DNA of 64,000 bases from Octopus sinensis. Its lineage: Eukaryota. How positions within the stretch are numbered: the stretch's first letter is position 1; every line of letters begins with the position of its first letter. The DNA lies in the NCBI RefSeq assembly GCF_006345805.1, contig NC_043011.1, positions 25,866,464 to 25,930,463 on the forward strand, given 5' to 3'. The notes under the pieces are model-generated. The model saw only the letters and a program-made list of their open reading frames with translations, did no database searches and was not told the origin of the DNA. Shown one piece after another: positions 11,229-23,629 of the stretch. A program made the translations under genes and the position numbers.

Positions 11229-11982
11229 TATATATAATAGCAGTGGCGTGATTCCCTTCATGGGACTGTCACATTAAGTTGACAGTATACAACCACTTTA
11301 TATATATATACATATATATATATGTCCGTGTGTGTGTGTATGTATGTATGTATGAACAACGCGCGCGCACACACACACACACACACATACGTATATATCA
11401 GTACCAACATGTTCCACTTTTCTAAATTTTTTGTCATATTTTCGAACGAATTCCTTGCAATTTGATTCGAACTGTGGTCTCCGCTTCAGGACGAAGTTTA
11501 TGTTGCAGTGTACCGGTGCTTCCCTTGTAACACACTGATCCAGTATGACTGATATTGGCAATTCCCGCCGGAATTTGAATTTTTGCAACGCATTACACTC
11601 CACACACATTGCAAATATAGTAATATGGGAACACTTGAATGGACAACACATCCATATCAATACTTATTCTGCAGAATTTGCTCGCAAAAATAAATGATTA
11701 ATGATGGCAGAAATAATAATACGGCAACACAATAATGCTACAATAAACAAACAGATTACACATACTTGTCACAAACCAAAATAAATACATGACTGATGAC
11801 ATTCGCTCTGGCTCCTGTAATGTCTAGAATTGTTGTTGATGATGGATTTGGCAAACGTACTGTTGCAAACAAACAGTCATGGAAGTAAGTCATGCGAAAA
11901 CATGAGAAAAAAAAACAAAAAAAAACGAACTTGGTAAAAAAGATTAGAGTAGAACACAACAGCATATGCAATACGAGCTGTA

Positions 11983-12064
<82 letters not shown>

Positions 12065-12066
12065 AG

Positions 12067-12098
<32 letters not shown>

Positions 12099-12764
12099 AT
12101 ATATATTATATTTATTTAAAGCAGCAGAAAATTCAACAAAACCTGTTACTCTGAGTTTCCCGTTGCCGTTCATCGGACAGTTTTGCTAGAACTGTCCGAT
12201 GAACGGCAACGGGAAACTCAGAGAAACAGTTTTGTTGAATTTTCTGCTGCTTTAAATAAGCATATTTACTCTACCACTGGTTATTTGAGTACCCTTTTTT
12301 CCACCTTGTTTCACATTTATGTGTTTACTCCGGTATAAATATATATATGTGTGTGTGTGTATACATATATACATATATATACATAGATATATATATAATA
12401 TATATATATATACATATATCTATACATAATATATACATATATATATACATATATACTCATATATAACATAATATACATATATATACAATATTATAGTATA
12501 CATATATACAGGTGGTGCTATTAAGTTAGACATGGCCTGGGCCAATAATGGCCGAAACCTATCAAAGTACATACATACATACATACATATATATACATAT
12601 ATACATACATATATATATATACATATATACATACATATATATATACATATATTCATATATATAAAGATATATAGACAGACAGACAGACAGACAGACAGAT
12701 AGATAGGGTAGTGAATATTCGTAGAAATATCACCACCAGTGGCCTAGCATGTATGAATAGTCAA

Positions 12765-12812
<48 letters not shown>

Positions 12813-13070
12813 ATATATATATATATAAATATATATATATACCTCTCCTTCTATGCATTTGTGTGTGTGTGCATGCGTGTGTACATCATACATACATATG
12901 AATGTACAATTATATATATATATGTATACATACATGTATATTTATATAGACAAGTACGCATAAGGTGCATACCTGTACCATCACATATTAACAGACATAC
13001 ACGCTAAGATACATGGATATACAGATTGATAAATGTACTCATACACAGATGTAGACGTACATACATACAT

Positions 13071-13109
<39 letters not shown>

Positions 13110-13259
13110 AGAGACAGAGAGAGAGACAGAGAGCGAAAATGGTAGATCTACTATAAAATTTCAAAGCAGTTGTCTATAGATATTCACGTTCTCGCGGGTG
13201 TTAGAAGACGGGTTCACATTTGTAAAGTACTAAACTTTCAAACTGTACATGGCATTTTT

Positions 13260-14240
13260 CTGCTCCAAATATGTATGTATGTATGTATGTTTGTATGTAT
13301 GTATGTATGTTTGTATGTGTTTATGTATGTATGTATGTATGTATGTATGTATGTATGATTGTATGTATGTATGTATGATTGTATGTATGTATGTATGTAT
13401 GTATGTATGTATGTATGTATGTATGTATGTATGTATGTTTGTATGTATGTATGTATGTATGATTGTATGTATGTATGTATGTATGTATGTATGTATGTAT
13501 GTATGTATGTATGTTTGTATGTGTTTATGTATGTATGTTTGTATGTACGTATGTATGTATGTATGTATGTATGTATGTATGTATGCATGCATGTGTGTGT
13601 ATGTATGTATGTATGCATGTGTATGTATGTATTGTATTTCTCTTGATTTAAAGTTTATTTTTACTGGTCACCTACTTCGGAGCCAGATTGTGAAGGAAAG
13701 CAAATTGTTTTGTTCATCATCCTTTAAATCTGAAGAAGATATATAGCAGACTCTTATTGTCCCAGATATCGTGATTATTTCTAACGTATGAACTAAAGAG
13801 TTGGATCCTCTCCCCAAGAACAAAAGTTCAAAAATACTTCGCTCCAAGCGGGTTGGTACGTATCCTGTTGCTCTAATGATAATAGGTATGAAATTGAAAG
13901 TGTATGTATGAATGTATGTATGTATGTATGTATGTATGTATGTATGAATGCATGTATGTATGTATGTATATTTTTATGTATGTATGTATGTGTTTATGTA
14001 TGTATGTATGTGTTTATGCATGTATGTTGTATGTATGTATGTGTTTATGTATGTATGTATGTGTTTATGTATGTATGTATGTGTTTATGTAGTATGTATG
14101 TATGTATGTATGTATGATTGTATGTATGTATGTATGTATGTATGTATGTATGCATGCATGTATGTATGTATGTATGCATGTATGTATGTATGTATACTTA
14201 TGTGTATGTATGTGTCCATGTGTGTTTGTATGTACGTATG
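13260..14240. repeat. Two decaying (ATGT)n arrays (13260-13630 and 13900-14240)
   Basis: Tetranucleotide repeat, source of the MYVC/HTYI ORFs. Confidence 0.95.
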
Positions 14241-14420
14241 AACGTTTGTAAGGCCATGAGTGTGTATGCTATGTTCTTTTAATTGCAAGAATGCTATAAA
14301 TAAGGAGCTACATAAAAAAACCATACCTATTCTACCATTGGAATTTAGTTGCACGTCAGCGGCGAAGAGCTAAATTCCGTGTTAGATTTTTAAGAAGTCA
14401 TGATTAATTTCATTCATATT

Positions 14421-14630
14421 CTTTACTCTTTTTACTCTTTTACTCGTTTCATTCATTTGACTGTGGCCATGCTGGAGCACCGCCTTTAGTCGAATAAATC
14501 GACGCCAGGGCTTATTCTTTGTAAGCCTAGTACTTATTCTATCGGTCTCTTTTGCCAAACCGCTAAGTTACAAGCATCGGTTGTCAAGCGAAGTTGGAGG
14601 GATAAACACAGACACAAACATATACACACA
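14421..14630 (-). mobile_element. SINE family A 3' part
   Basis: (tactcttt)n tail, catttgactgtggccatgctggagcaccgcctttagtcga. Confidence 0.85.
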
Positions 14631-14678
14631 CATACATACATACATATATATAGATTTCAGAGTACTTCATTTCTTCTA

Positions 14679-14783
<105 letters not shown>

Positions 14784-15059
14784 GTGTGTGTGTGTGTGTT
14801 GTGTGTGTGTGTTAGAAGAAATGAGGTACTCAGAAATCTGGATGGTTTTATATTTACAGATATTTATTTGTATGTTACATGTTTTTATAAATCATATGTC
14901 ATATAATAGCGCTTTCGTCCACTCTAGAAGAGTCTTCAAATTGAACTTACTTTTGCAGGAATTTTGACTCTTTTTATAGTATTATTGAGTATGTAGGAGT
15001 GGGGAGAGATATAAGATAGTACAAGAGGGTGAGGAATGGGGAGAAAGTGAGAGAGAGAG

Positions 15060-15119
<60 letters not shown>

Positions 15120-15402
15120 TGTGTTTTTTTTTGTATCTGAAAGAGTTGTGTTAAAGAAATTGAAGGAAAGGAAGAAGGAGAGAAAGAAGAAAAAATTTGT
15201 TGATATCTTTGCAGCTGGTCAGTTTGTCAATAATAAGCTATTCTTGGCTTTTAGTAATGGCAAATCCAGCTGTTCACTCCAAGAGGGGCAAAATGTCACT
15301 TTTCAAAAAAATTGTCTGGATTTCCTTTTTATCATTGTCTTGTGAGAGAGTGCGCGCGCGCGTTTTTTGTATCTGAAAGAGATGTTAAAGAAATATATAT
15401 AT

Positions 15403-15815
15403 ATAGGCGTAAGAGTGGCTGTGTGGTTAGTAGCTTGCTTACGAACTACATGGTTCTGGGTTCAGTTCCACTACCTGGCACCTTGGGCAAGTGTCTCCTA
15501 GTATAGCATCGGGACGACCAAAGCATTGTAAGTGGATTTGGTAGACGGAAACTGAAAGAAGCCCGTCCTATATATGTGTGTGTGTGTGTGTATGTGTGTG
15601 TGTGTGTTTGTGTATCTTTGTTTGTCACCCCCTCCCCACCATCGCTTGACAGCCGATGCTGGTGTGTTTAAGTCCCCGTAACTTAGCGGTTCAGCAAAAG
15701 GGACTGATAGAATAAGTACTAGGCTTACAAAGAATAAGTCTTGGGGTCGATTTGCTCGACTAAAGGCAGTGCTCCAGCATGGCCGCAGTCAAATGCCTGA
15801 AACAAGTGAAAGAAT
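15403..15815 (+). mobile_element. SINE family A, full-length
   Basis: Head ggcgtaagagtggctgtgtggttagtagc through tail cagcatggccgcagtcaaatgcctgaaacaagt. Confidence 0.9.
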
Positions 15816-16635
15816 AAAAGGATACTAGCTGAATAGCCCGTCGTTGCCGGGCAATTTTTACAATAGAATGTCTTATATAAATTTTTATTTATTTCATGCC
15901 AAAGCATGCCTTCCCCGACAGACAGGCCTCTTGATCAGGACGGATTTGTACAATTTTTCGCGAAAAAGTTTCGTTGGGGATTTTCTTTTTGATCGTTTCA
16001 CATGACTTTATTCATTAAAACCTCAGAATTTCTTACAACTTTGGCCGTCGTAATGCTTTGCTTTCGTTTGTTTAATAAAAATTCCTTCTCCTAATGGTTT
16101 TGCTTTCATTTCGTGATAGACAGCAATCATGCAGAAAATGCCAGCTATCATGCAGCTATCATGCAGAAAATGCCAAATTCCAAATCCTGTTTTCTGATTA
16201 GGTAAAATTGATTAAACTTTAAACCTCAGTAACATTTTTCTACAACTTTTCTGGAACAAATAAATAACAAAATCAGATTTAACGTGGAAAACTATTTCAA
16301 TATACCAAATTTTAAAATCTCACAATATGTGACAGCAATAGGCTCTACAGAAGTAGAGAGACAGGGAGTTATAGGATGTGACACACACACTCACACATAC
16401 ATTTACAAACGCACACAGGTAATCACGAGTTTAAAATGGTGTATAGTAGGCATGTATGTATATGTATGTATGTACGTACATATGTATGTGTGTGTGTGTG
16501 TGTGTGTGTCTGTGTGTCTGTGTGTGAGTGTTTCTTTGCGATTGACAGCAGAAAAGCCACCAACCACCTCTCTCCTTAAAGTTACGTATTCCTCACACCC
16601 ACCTTTCTTTGTATGTGCGTGCTTGTGTGTGTGTG

Positions 16636-16674
<39 letters not shown>

Positions 16675-16859
16675 GTATCTACGTATTTACGAAAGTATTT
16701 TTGCAGTGTTGCGTGTATGTGATAACTATTTTAACGTTTTCATCCCATTGCCACTACTGTTCTTACCTTCATTGACAAATGTTACCCTCTCTCTCTTTCT
16801 TACTACCTTTCCTTCAGACTAATACTTTCTGCAACCTTCTAATACTCTTGCAACCTTCT

Positions 16860-17052
16860 CATTTTATCATATAATTCGCCCAACGTCCCGGGAGGAGGGG
16901 CTGATTATAGATTTTTATTGAAATCTAATTAGCCCATTATTGAACTGGATGTTAGTGTAATATGTATGTAAAGTTCTGTGAATATTTGTTTCGCTGGTTT
17001 AGGCACAAAGATAGTAACAGACAGACAGACAAAAGTTGCCATTTATATATTA
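16860..17052 (-). mobile_element. Non-autonomous Helitron-like (DINE/HINE-type) 5' segment
   Basis: Minus strand begins ctaatatataaatggcaacttttgtctgtctgtctg, the (T)CTA-ATATATAAA plus (GTCT)n start seen in other copies in this window. Confidence 0.45.
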
Positions 17053-17506
17053 GCTATATATATATATATATATATATATCGTTGTTATTGTGTTTGGCCA
17101 AATACGCTTTTTTTTTCAATATTTAATTTTGCATGCAATAGCCGGTTCTTTTGGTCAAACTATCGTATCTCCAACTGCTTCAGATGCCAAGGTATGAAAA
17201 TCGTCAAAGTATAAGTACAATGGTTTAGAATTTTTCAAAAGTGTAGCAAGTCCCACATATGACAGTTTTACAAGAATATTTCTGACTGGAAATATCATAT
17301 ATGCATGGAGTTACGATTTTAGGCACCCAACAAAGTATTATTGTTAAGCTGAAACTGTTGCTAACGTGAAAAGAAATGGAATAGTGAAACTATTTTTTCG
17401 TTTGCTGAAAAAGCAACAATACTTTTACATAATAACAATGATATATACTTTGTATGCATATGTATGTATATGTATATGTGTATGTATATATATATATGTA
17501 TATATA

Positions 17507-17557
<51 letters not shown>

Positions 17558-17574
17558 TATAGGTAGAATTCATA

Positions 17575-18170
17575 AAAAGATAAAATACGAAGATAGGTAG
17601 TGTCGACAAGAAACAGATGTATTAGTATAACGCTCGGGAAGTGAAAACGTATTTAATGTTTCGAGCCTACACTCTTCCACAGAAATGAACACAGAAAGAA
17701 ACAGGGAGAGAAAATAAAGAATGTGTAGTGACTAGCGATGTACCGTGGTGAATGCCGGACAAAGGGGTCACACAGGAGAGCTAGGAAGAAGGGGAGGTAA
17801 TAAAGTAGTGGTGATCCTAAAACGAAGGCGCGCGTGCGTGCGTATAAGAGAGCATTATATGTGTGTGGAAGAGGGCTAGTGACCTTGACGTGTGCGTATG
17901 TGCATGTGTAGGTGTGTGGATGATGGTGTGGGTGCTGGGAAGTGGTCAGTGCTAGTGTGTGCGTGGTGGTGTGGTGTGATGTGGTGTGATATGGTGGTGT
18001 GTGGTGGTGTGAATAGTGGCAAGAGGATATCCACGTAGGATGAAGTGGCGAGCCATGAGTGGAGACCGAGTCTCAAAGTCATAGTCGTAACTGCAGAGCC
18101 TGCGTAGACGGAGGAATAGGGGATGGAAAGCTTGGTGTGTTTAGGGTGGAAGGAGGAGAAGCTACCCAAC
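17575..18170 (-). mobile_element. Penelope-like element remnant (RT thumb region and pLTR)
   Basis: With one frameshift the minus strand reads SSFHPKHTKLSIPYS/LRLRRLCSYDYDFETRSPLMARHFILRGYP, the PLE motif S.HP.H.K.SIPYSQ.LRLRR.CS......RGYP. Hammerhead-like motif at 17651-17686. Confidence 0.8.
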
Positions 18171-18287
18171 TCGCTCTGGGCGCCATTGGGGCGACTGTAT
18201 ACAGCTACCAGCCCACAGTCGACGCTATGGTGACTGTACACAGCTACCAGCCCACAGTCGACGCTATGGCGACCAGAGCTCGCTCTG

Positions 18288-19337
18288 AAAAAGAAATCAA
18301 GGGGAGAAAGGTCTAGTGAACGTGGGGACCTTTCCATACGAGCCCTTCTTCCAATCCAGTGAGGAAAAGTGGCATTAAGCCAATCTCTAACAGTTGGGGC
18401 AAAATGGGTAGGGGCTCCATCCTGCTGAAACCAATTCGGAAGGCCCTCGCCTAGGCGCTCAATTTGAGATATTAATTTGTCTCTCAATATGTTTACATAA
18501 GTCTCATCCGTTACATGTTCAATGAAGAAGGGTCCTAGAACATGAGCTTTCCACAAACCACACCACACCATCACCTTTTTGCTGCATTGCTGTTTGGATG
18601 GATCCATCCAATGTGGATTACCTTGAGACCAGTATAGAAGATTCTGTCTGTTGACCTCACCATTTACATAAAACGTAGCTTTGTCACTGAACAACACGAA
18701 GTTTTTCGTAAAATTGATATTTTCATCCAATTTATCTGAAAACCATTCGCACATCTATATTCGTATCAGGGTCGTCTTCATTTAAGTGATGCAATATCTG
18801 TAGGTTGTATCGATGAAACTTTTCCTCAACCAGCATTTTGTGGATGGTTGGTTTTGGAACACCTAACACCGTGGATGTCCGACGAAGTGATTTCTTTGGG
18901 CTAGCAGAAACTTTAGCCATGACAGCCTCTTTCGTTTCATCTGAAGTCTTTGGTCGCCCGGAACGGGGTTTATCCAAAACACAGCCTGTTTCTTTAAATT
19001 TCTTAATCAATTTCCCGACGGCAGTAAAAAAAAAAATAGGTTACCTGTAAGGGTGTCGAAGATTAAATTCTTCCGCAATTTTGCGATAAGACCATCCCTC
19101 TCGTCCGCTTAATAATACTAATTCGATTTTTTCTTCTTTAGACAGATCCATCATTCGATCTGGGATTCTTTCTTCTTTAGACAGAGCCATCATTCGATCA
19201 TCTGTAGAAAAAATAATTTAGAAAAGTAAAGTATTTTTTTAATTTAATTTAAACAAAAGTAAAAAAGGAAAATTATTATTTCTTATATTTGTTTATGTTA
19301 TGATTTTATTCCATGTACCCAGACTTCGTGGACGCCC
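18288..19337 (-). mobile_element. Tc1/mariner superfamily transposon, rosa/DD41D-type, frameshifted and 3'-truncated
   Basis: ATG at 19151 (MDLSKEEKIELVLLSGREG..), KFKETGCVLDKPRSGRP, FSDK, KVMVWCG, WFQQDGAP..WIGR..RSLDLSPLDFFF, with 40 residues between the 2nd and 3rd D. TIR-like gggcgtccacgaagtctgggtacatgg at 19311-19337 followed by TA. Confidence 0.9.
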
Positions 19338-19367
19338 TAAAATTGCTTTGATTAAAACCCTTTCAAC

Positions 19368-20433
19368 ATGGAAGTATCCAAGAAGCATTTAAGGCACATA
19401 TAATTCTTTATGAGTACAATAAAGGTAACTTTGCAGCCGAAGTGACTCGAAACATACACTCAGTTTATGGGAAAGTGCTTGAATGAAAGAACTTGCAGGA
19501 GATCGTTTACAAAATTGAAGATGAAGATCGAATAGGATGTCCAGTTGAGTTTGATGATAAGCTCCTTGAGGCATTACTTGAAGAAAATCCGTCATTATCA
19601 GTTGAAGAATTGGCAATAAAGCTTACTTCAAACCATACAACAGTTCATCGTCATCTTCAACAACGTGGAAAGATTCCTAAACTTGGAAAATAGGTGCCTC
19701 ATGTATTGTCCGAAAGCAACCGTAAATCCCGAGTTGACATCTGCTCTTCTCTCCATTCTCGCAAACTCATTTCACCCTTTTTCGATAAACTTGTGACAAA
19801 AAAATGGATTTTCTATCGAAATGTTAAACGTCGTAAACAGTGGCTTGGTAAAAGGGAAAATGCTCAACCACAACCGAGAAGGGAACTTCATTGGAAAAAG
19901 GTTCTACTCTATCTTGTGCGATTGCAATGGCGTAATTCACTTTATATTGTTGTCACCTAATGCAACAATCAATGCTCAAGTCTACTGTCAGCAATTAGAG
20001 CGTTTGAACCAAGCTTTGAAGGAAAAAGAGCCGCTTTAGTGAGTCGAAAACGAGTGATGTTTCATCAGGACAATGCGCAACCCCACACTGCAAAGATCAC
20101 ATCACAGAAGATCACAGTTTGGAAAAATTTCTTCATCCAACTTATTCTCCCAACCTTACTACTTCAGGATACCCTTTGTTTCATAGTTTACAGAATTATT
20201 AGGGGGACACAACTTTCGCAAGCCAGGAGGAGGTCGAATCTGACATTTCAGAGTTCTTCGCTTTGAAACCAAAAGAGTTTTACATTGATAGGATTAAAAA
20301 GCTTGTAAATAGATGGAAGTAAGTCATAGATAATCAGGGAAAGTACATTGATAATTAACTTTCAATTAAATATAACATTTGATCACTTGGATTCTTTATC
20401 CAAAATTCGGACAGAACTTATGGGATGACCTGA
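19368..20433 (+). mobile_element. Mariner transposon relic (DD34D-type), multiple frameshifts
   Basis: MEVSKKHLRH..EDEDRIGCPVEFDD..LGK*VPHVLSE..KWIFYRNVKRRKQW..FHQDNAQPHTAK. Right TIR aaaattcggacagaacttatgggatgacctga at 20402-20433; left TIR not seen. Confidence 0.9.
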
Positions 20434-20623
20434 GATATATACACCGGCGAAAATATATTTAATCCCGACGATAAAAGTTCTATTTCTTACAAAATATTTT
20501 GTTACTAACAGCATACAAATTATTTATATCTATTACACCTTATGCAAAATTTATTTCTCTTTCGAATGATGCAAACAATTTTTATTCAACTTGAAGAATT
20601 CTAATGCTAAATTAATATATATT

Positions 20624-20786
20624 TCTTTACTGCCCACAAGGGGCTAAACATAGAGGGGACAAACAAGGACAGACAAACGGATTAAATCGATTACATCGAC
20701 CCCAGTGCGTAACTGGTACTTAATTTATCGACTCCGAAAGGATGAAAGGCAAAGTCGACCTCGGCGGAATTTGAACTCAGAACGTA
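20624..20786 (-). mobile_element. SINE family B, 5'-truncated single unit with the alternative tail
   Basis: atttctttactgcccacaaggggctaaac..ggaatttgaactcagaacg, flanked by non-SINE DNA. Confidence 0.9.
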
Positions 20787-21106
20787 ATATAAACGTTTCA
20801 AATTTACCGGTAAAATTAGTTTTAAACCATGTAATGTGTATGCAATTATTTTGGCCAGTGTGTATATTATATATATATAATGTATATAATACTAGAATTT
20901 TAATGGAGATAACCTGCAGTATATAGTACAACATTTTTGTCTCCGTATATGAGCTAAGTATTAATAAAATGTGGTATACGATAAAAATTTCGGATATTTG
21001 TCTTAAAATATTCAGACAAGAAAATTCAGATGTAGCGCATGAGGTATTATTCCATACGAATATACACATATTATATTAAGAGTTTCATGATAAAAATATA
21101 GAAATA

Positions 21107-21572
21107 TTGGGTTGTCCGGAAAGTTCGTGCCGATTTATAGTAGCTAATCTTTCGACTTATTTTAGAACATGTTTGAGTTCATAAAATAGGATTTGACTAC
21201 ACCTCCATTTAGAGCACAGTTTAAGCTATCTTTTCGTGGAAGAAGGTTTATGTTCCTATAACCTATGTTAATTCTGTAACCCATTAAAATAAAAGATGAG
21301 AAGGTTCATTTTCGGCACTTGATGCTTTGGGAACCAGACAAAAATTGCTGCAGCTCGGCTGGGATGTGTTACCCCCACCCTCCCTATTCCCCAGATATTG
21401 CTCCTTCGGATTTCCACTTATTCAGGTCTCTGCAGAAAAGTCTTAATGGTAAAAACTTCAATTCCCTAGATGACGTAAAAAGATACCTTGACGAATTCTT
21501 TGCTTTGAAACCACCCCAATTCTGGGAAGATGGTATTTTCAAGGTACAGGAAAGATGGCGACGTATTGTCCA
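21107..21572 (+). mobile_element. Internally deleted mariner (left TIR and C-terminal transposase)
   Basis: TA then ttgggttgtccggaaagttcgtgccgattt. The N-terminal codons (EKVHFRHLMLWE) are fused to RQKLLQLGWDVLPHPPYSPDIAPSDFHLFRSLQ..ERWRRIVQ. 3' end is lost at the L1/Tx1 junction. Confidence 0.9.
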
Positions 21573-23052
21573 ACTTGCTTAACCACGAATCCGGACATGG
21601 GACGACGGTTAGGCGGTAAGTGATGACCGATGCTATAAACACATTGGCCACCTCCGCCCTCCCTTTCAAGGATAGCCACCGCCAGGACCAAGTCCATTCT
21701 ATAACATCTCCACTCGCCTGCCTCCTCTGTCTCCACTTCTTCTATGTGGTATGTCTCTATTTTTCTCATAACTTCTCTATTGGAAGATCTCAATGCCGCG
21801 TATACCTGGTTATCCTTTTCTGGCTTCTTTGCTTTCTTCACTTCTCTTGTTTTTTCGCTTTTTGTTTTCTCCGGGGAGGGGTTTTTATATATTCTTTTTT
21901 TTGCCTGCATCTACCCCTCCCCTTCTTCTGGTGTGGGTGCTATTACTGGCTGAACTACCGAGGTAGTAGCCGTCTTTTTTTCTTCCTCCACCGGCTTGCA
22001 GTTCTTCTTTATGTGGCCCTTCTTCCCACAGGCGAAGCACCTGGGCTGTCGGCCCTCGACCATTACTGGCAGTCGGCTGTCGCCAATTTCAATAATTTCA
22101 CCAATGTCTTCGAACGCGGCCGGCTCCGCCTGCAACATTATTTTAACTTTTTGGCCCTGCCACTTCTTTGCTTCCTCCACCGTGGCATCTCTTATCTCCA
22201 ATCTCTCCTCCAATCCCAAAGTGACTGCTCCCACTATTCTCTCCGGCTCGATCTCCGGGGGGATGTTTATCATTGTTACTTTTGATATTCTTCTGCCCCT
22301 ATAGGCGGGTAACATTGTCACAATTTCTGTTCTTGACGGATTCATCGATTGCAGTCTCGCCTCCTCCTCTGACCCGAACCTCACTTCTACGGTTCCATAT
22401 CGCTTTCCTCTTGCTATAAACTTTATCTTGTCCCAGATAGGCTTTAAACAGTCTTCTATTTCTTTTTCAGTTGAGAATTCAATTTTCTTTTCTTTATTCC
22501 TATACGTCTTGTAAATGATCGTCTTTTTTTCTATTTCTTCTTTTATTTCTTGAGGTTGCATGATTATAATTTCATACCCCTCCTTCTTCATGCTTTTTTT
22601 TTTGAGGTCGTCCAGTTTGGAGAGCTCAATTTTCCTCTCCTTCGTGCCAGCCACCTCTGCAAAATTAAGTTGTTTTCTTGCCAGGCTTGGCACATCAATA
22701 TTCCTTTGTACATGCAGTTTTCCTTTTGTTGTCGTATTCTCCTTCTCTTCGTCGGAGTCTGAAAAAATTGGTATGCCCATTCTTTCTAACTCCTCTTCCT
22801 TTACTGGGCTAGCCATTCGGCTAGCCGCTCTTTGTGGGCTTTTGTTTGCCGCTGGGCTTTCCGTTTTCTCCTTAGGCCTGCCGTCGGGCTGGCCATAATT
22901 TGGCCTACCCGCGCGTGCAGTTCCTTCCAAAAAGGCAACAATAACCAATAACAATGGTAAATATTCAATAAAATAATTAACGGTAAGTATCCAATAATAA
23001 CGGTAAACAAGGGTAAACAATTCAAAAACTTACGCAAAAATAACGACTGACA
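21573..23052 (-). mobile_element. L1/Tx1-type LINE derivative retaining ORF1 but only ~30 codons of ORF2
   Basis: ORF1 is joined at ~21670 to LKGRAEVANVFIASVITYRLTVVPCPDSWLSKL, which is typical post-RT ORF2 sequence of L1/Tx1 elements. Confidence 0.75.
21670..22816 (-). pseudogene. LINE ORF1p (gag-like RRM region and CCHC zinc knuckle) with one in-frame TAG
   Basis: MASPVKEEE..GTVEVRF..KVTMINIPPEI..CFACGKKGHIKKNC (CX2CX4HX4C). TAG at 21911-21913 is followed in the same frame by MQAKKRI.., probably TGG>TAG. Confidence 0.85.
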
Positions 23053-23526
23053 CTGTTTTCGTGTATCGATGAATAAATGACAGATTTTCAAATTTAAATA
23101 AGAAATGAAATATTTAGTTAATCATGCAAATAATAGCCAATGGGAATATTACACTCTCTACTATAAAAAAGTAATTTAAGATTACAGGTTTGTGCATAAG
23201 CGTTCATTGGATCTAATGATCTAATTGGACTGTATTTTCAAAAAGCTTTTATATTCTAAAAAATTATATTTTAAAGTTTAAGAAAATTATAAGACGCTAA
23301 ATATTTATGCTTACTACATACTAAAATGTCTGTAATTTTTTATATAGGGGTGAATAAATGAATTCTTGTGTCCCCTATATCTAATTTTAAAATTAGTAGT
23401 ACTCCCTATATAAATTTTCCTAAGTCCGGAGCGTTAAACTAATAAACCTGTTTGCTGTTTACACACCCGTCTTCGTCTTTTGTTCGTTTCTTTTATAAAT
23501 TCCAAATATATATGCATGTGTGTGTA

Positions 23527-23550
<24 letters not shown>

Positions 23551-23561
<11 letters not shown>

Positions 23562-23629
23562 ATTTCGCAGACAGGAACTGAAACAAATCGATCGTATATA
23601 TAAGTATGTATATATGTAAGTGTATGTGT
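23551..23629 (+). repeat. Left copy of a ~70-bp target-site duplication flanking the RTE (right copy 26358-26431)
   Basis: tggatttcgcagacaggaactgaaacaaatcgatcgtatatata.. versus tggatttcatagacaggaattgaaacaaatcaatcgtatatata.., differing by 5 substitutions and one 4-nt indel. Confidence 0.85.

Noticed and set aside
15900-17350. Faint Tc1/mariner-like stretches (~15900-16100, ~17090-17330) and a CR1-like stretch at ~48870-49100
   Set aside because: Too degenerate to support by eye; a profile search is needed.
17876-18754. 292-aa ORF as a single gene
   Set aside because: It is a chimera of a rosa-type transposase, a filler cassette and an out-of-frame PLE fragment.
22817-23020. First 68 residues of the 369-aa ORF
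   Set aside because: The track start is not ATG; this region is more likely LINE 5'UTR or an overlapping upstream frame.
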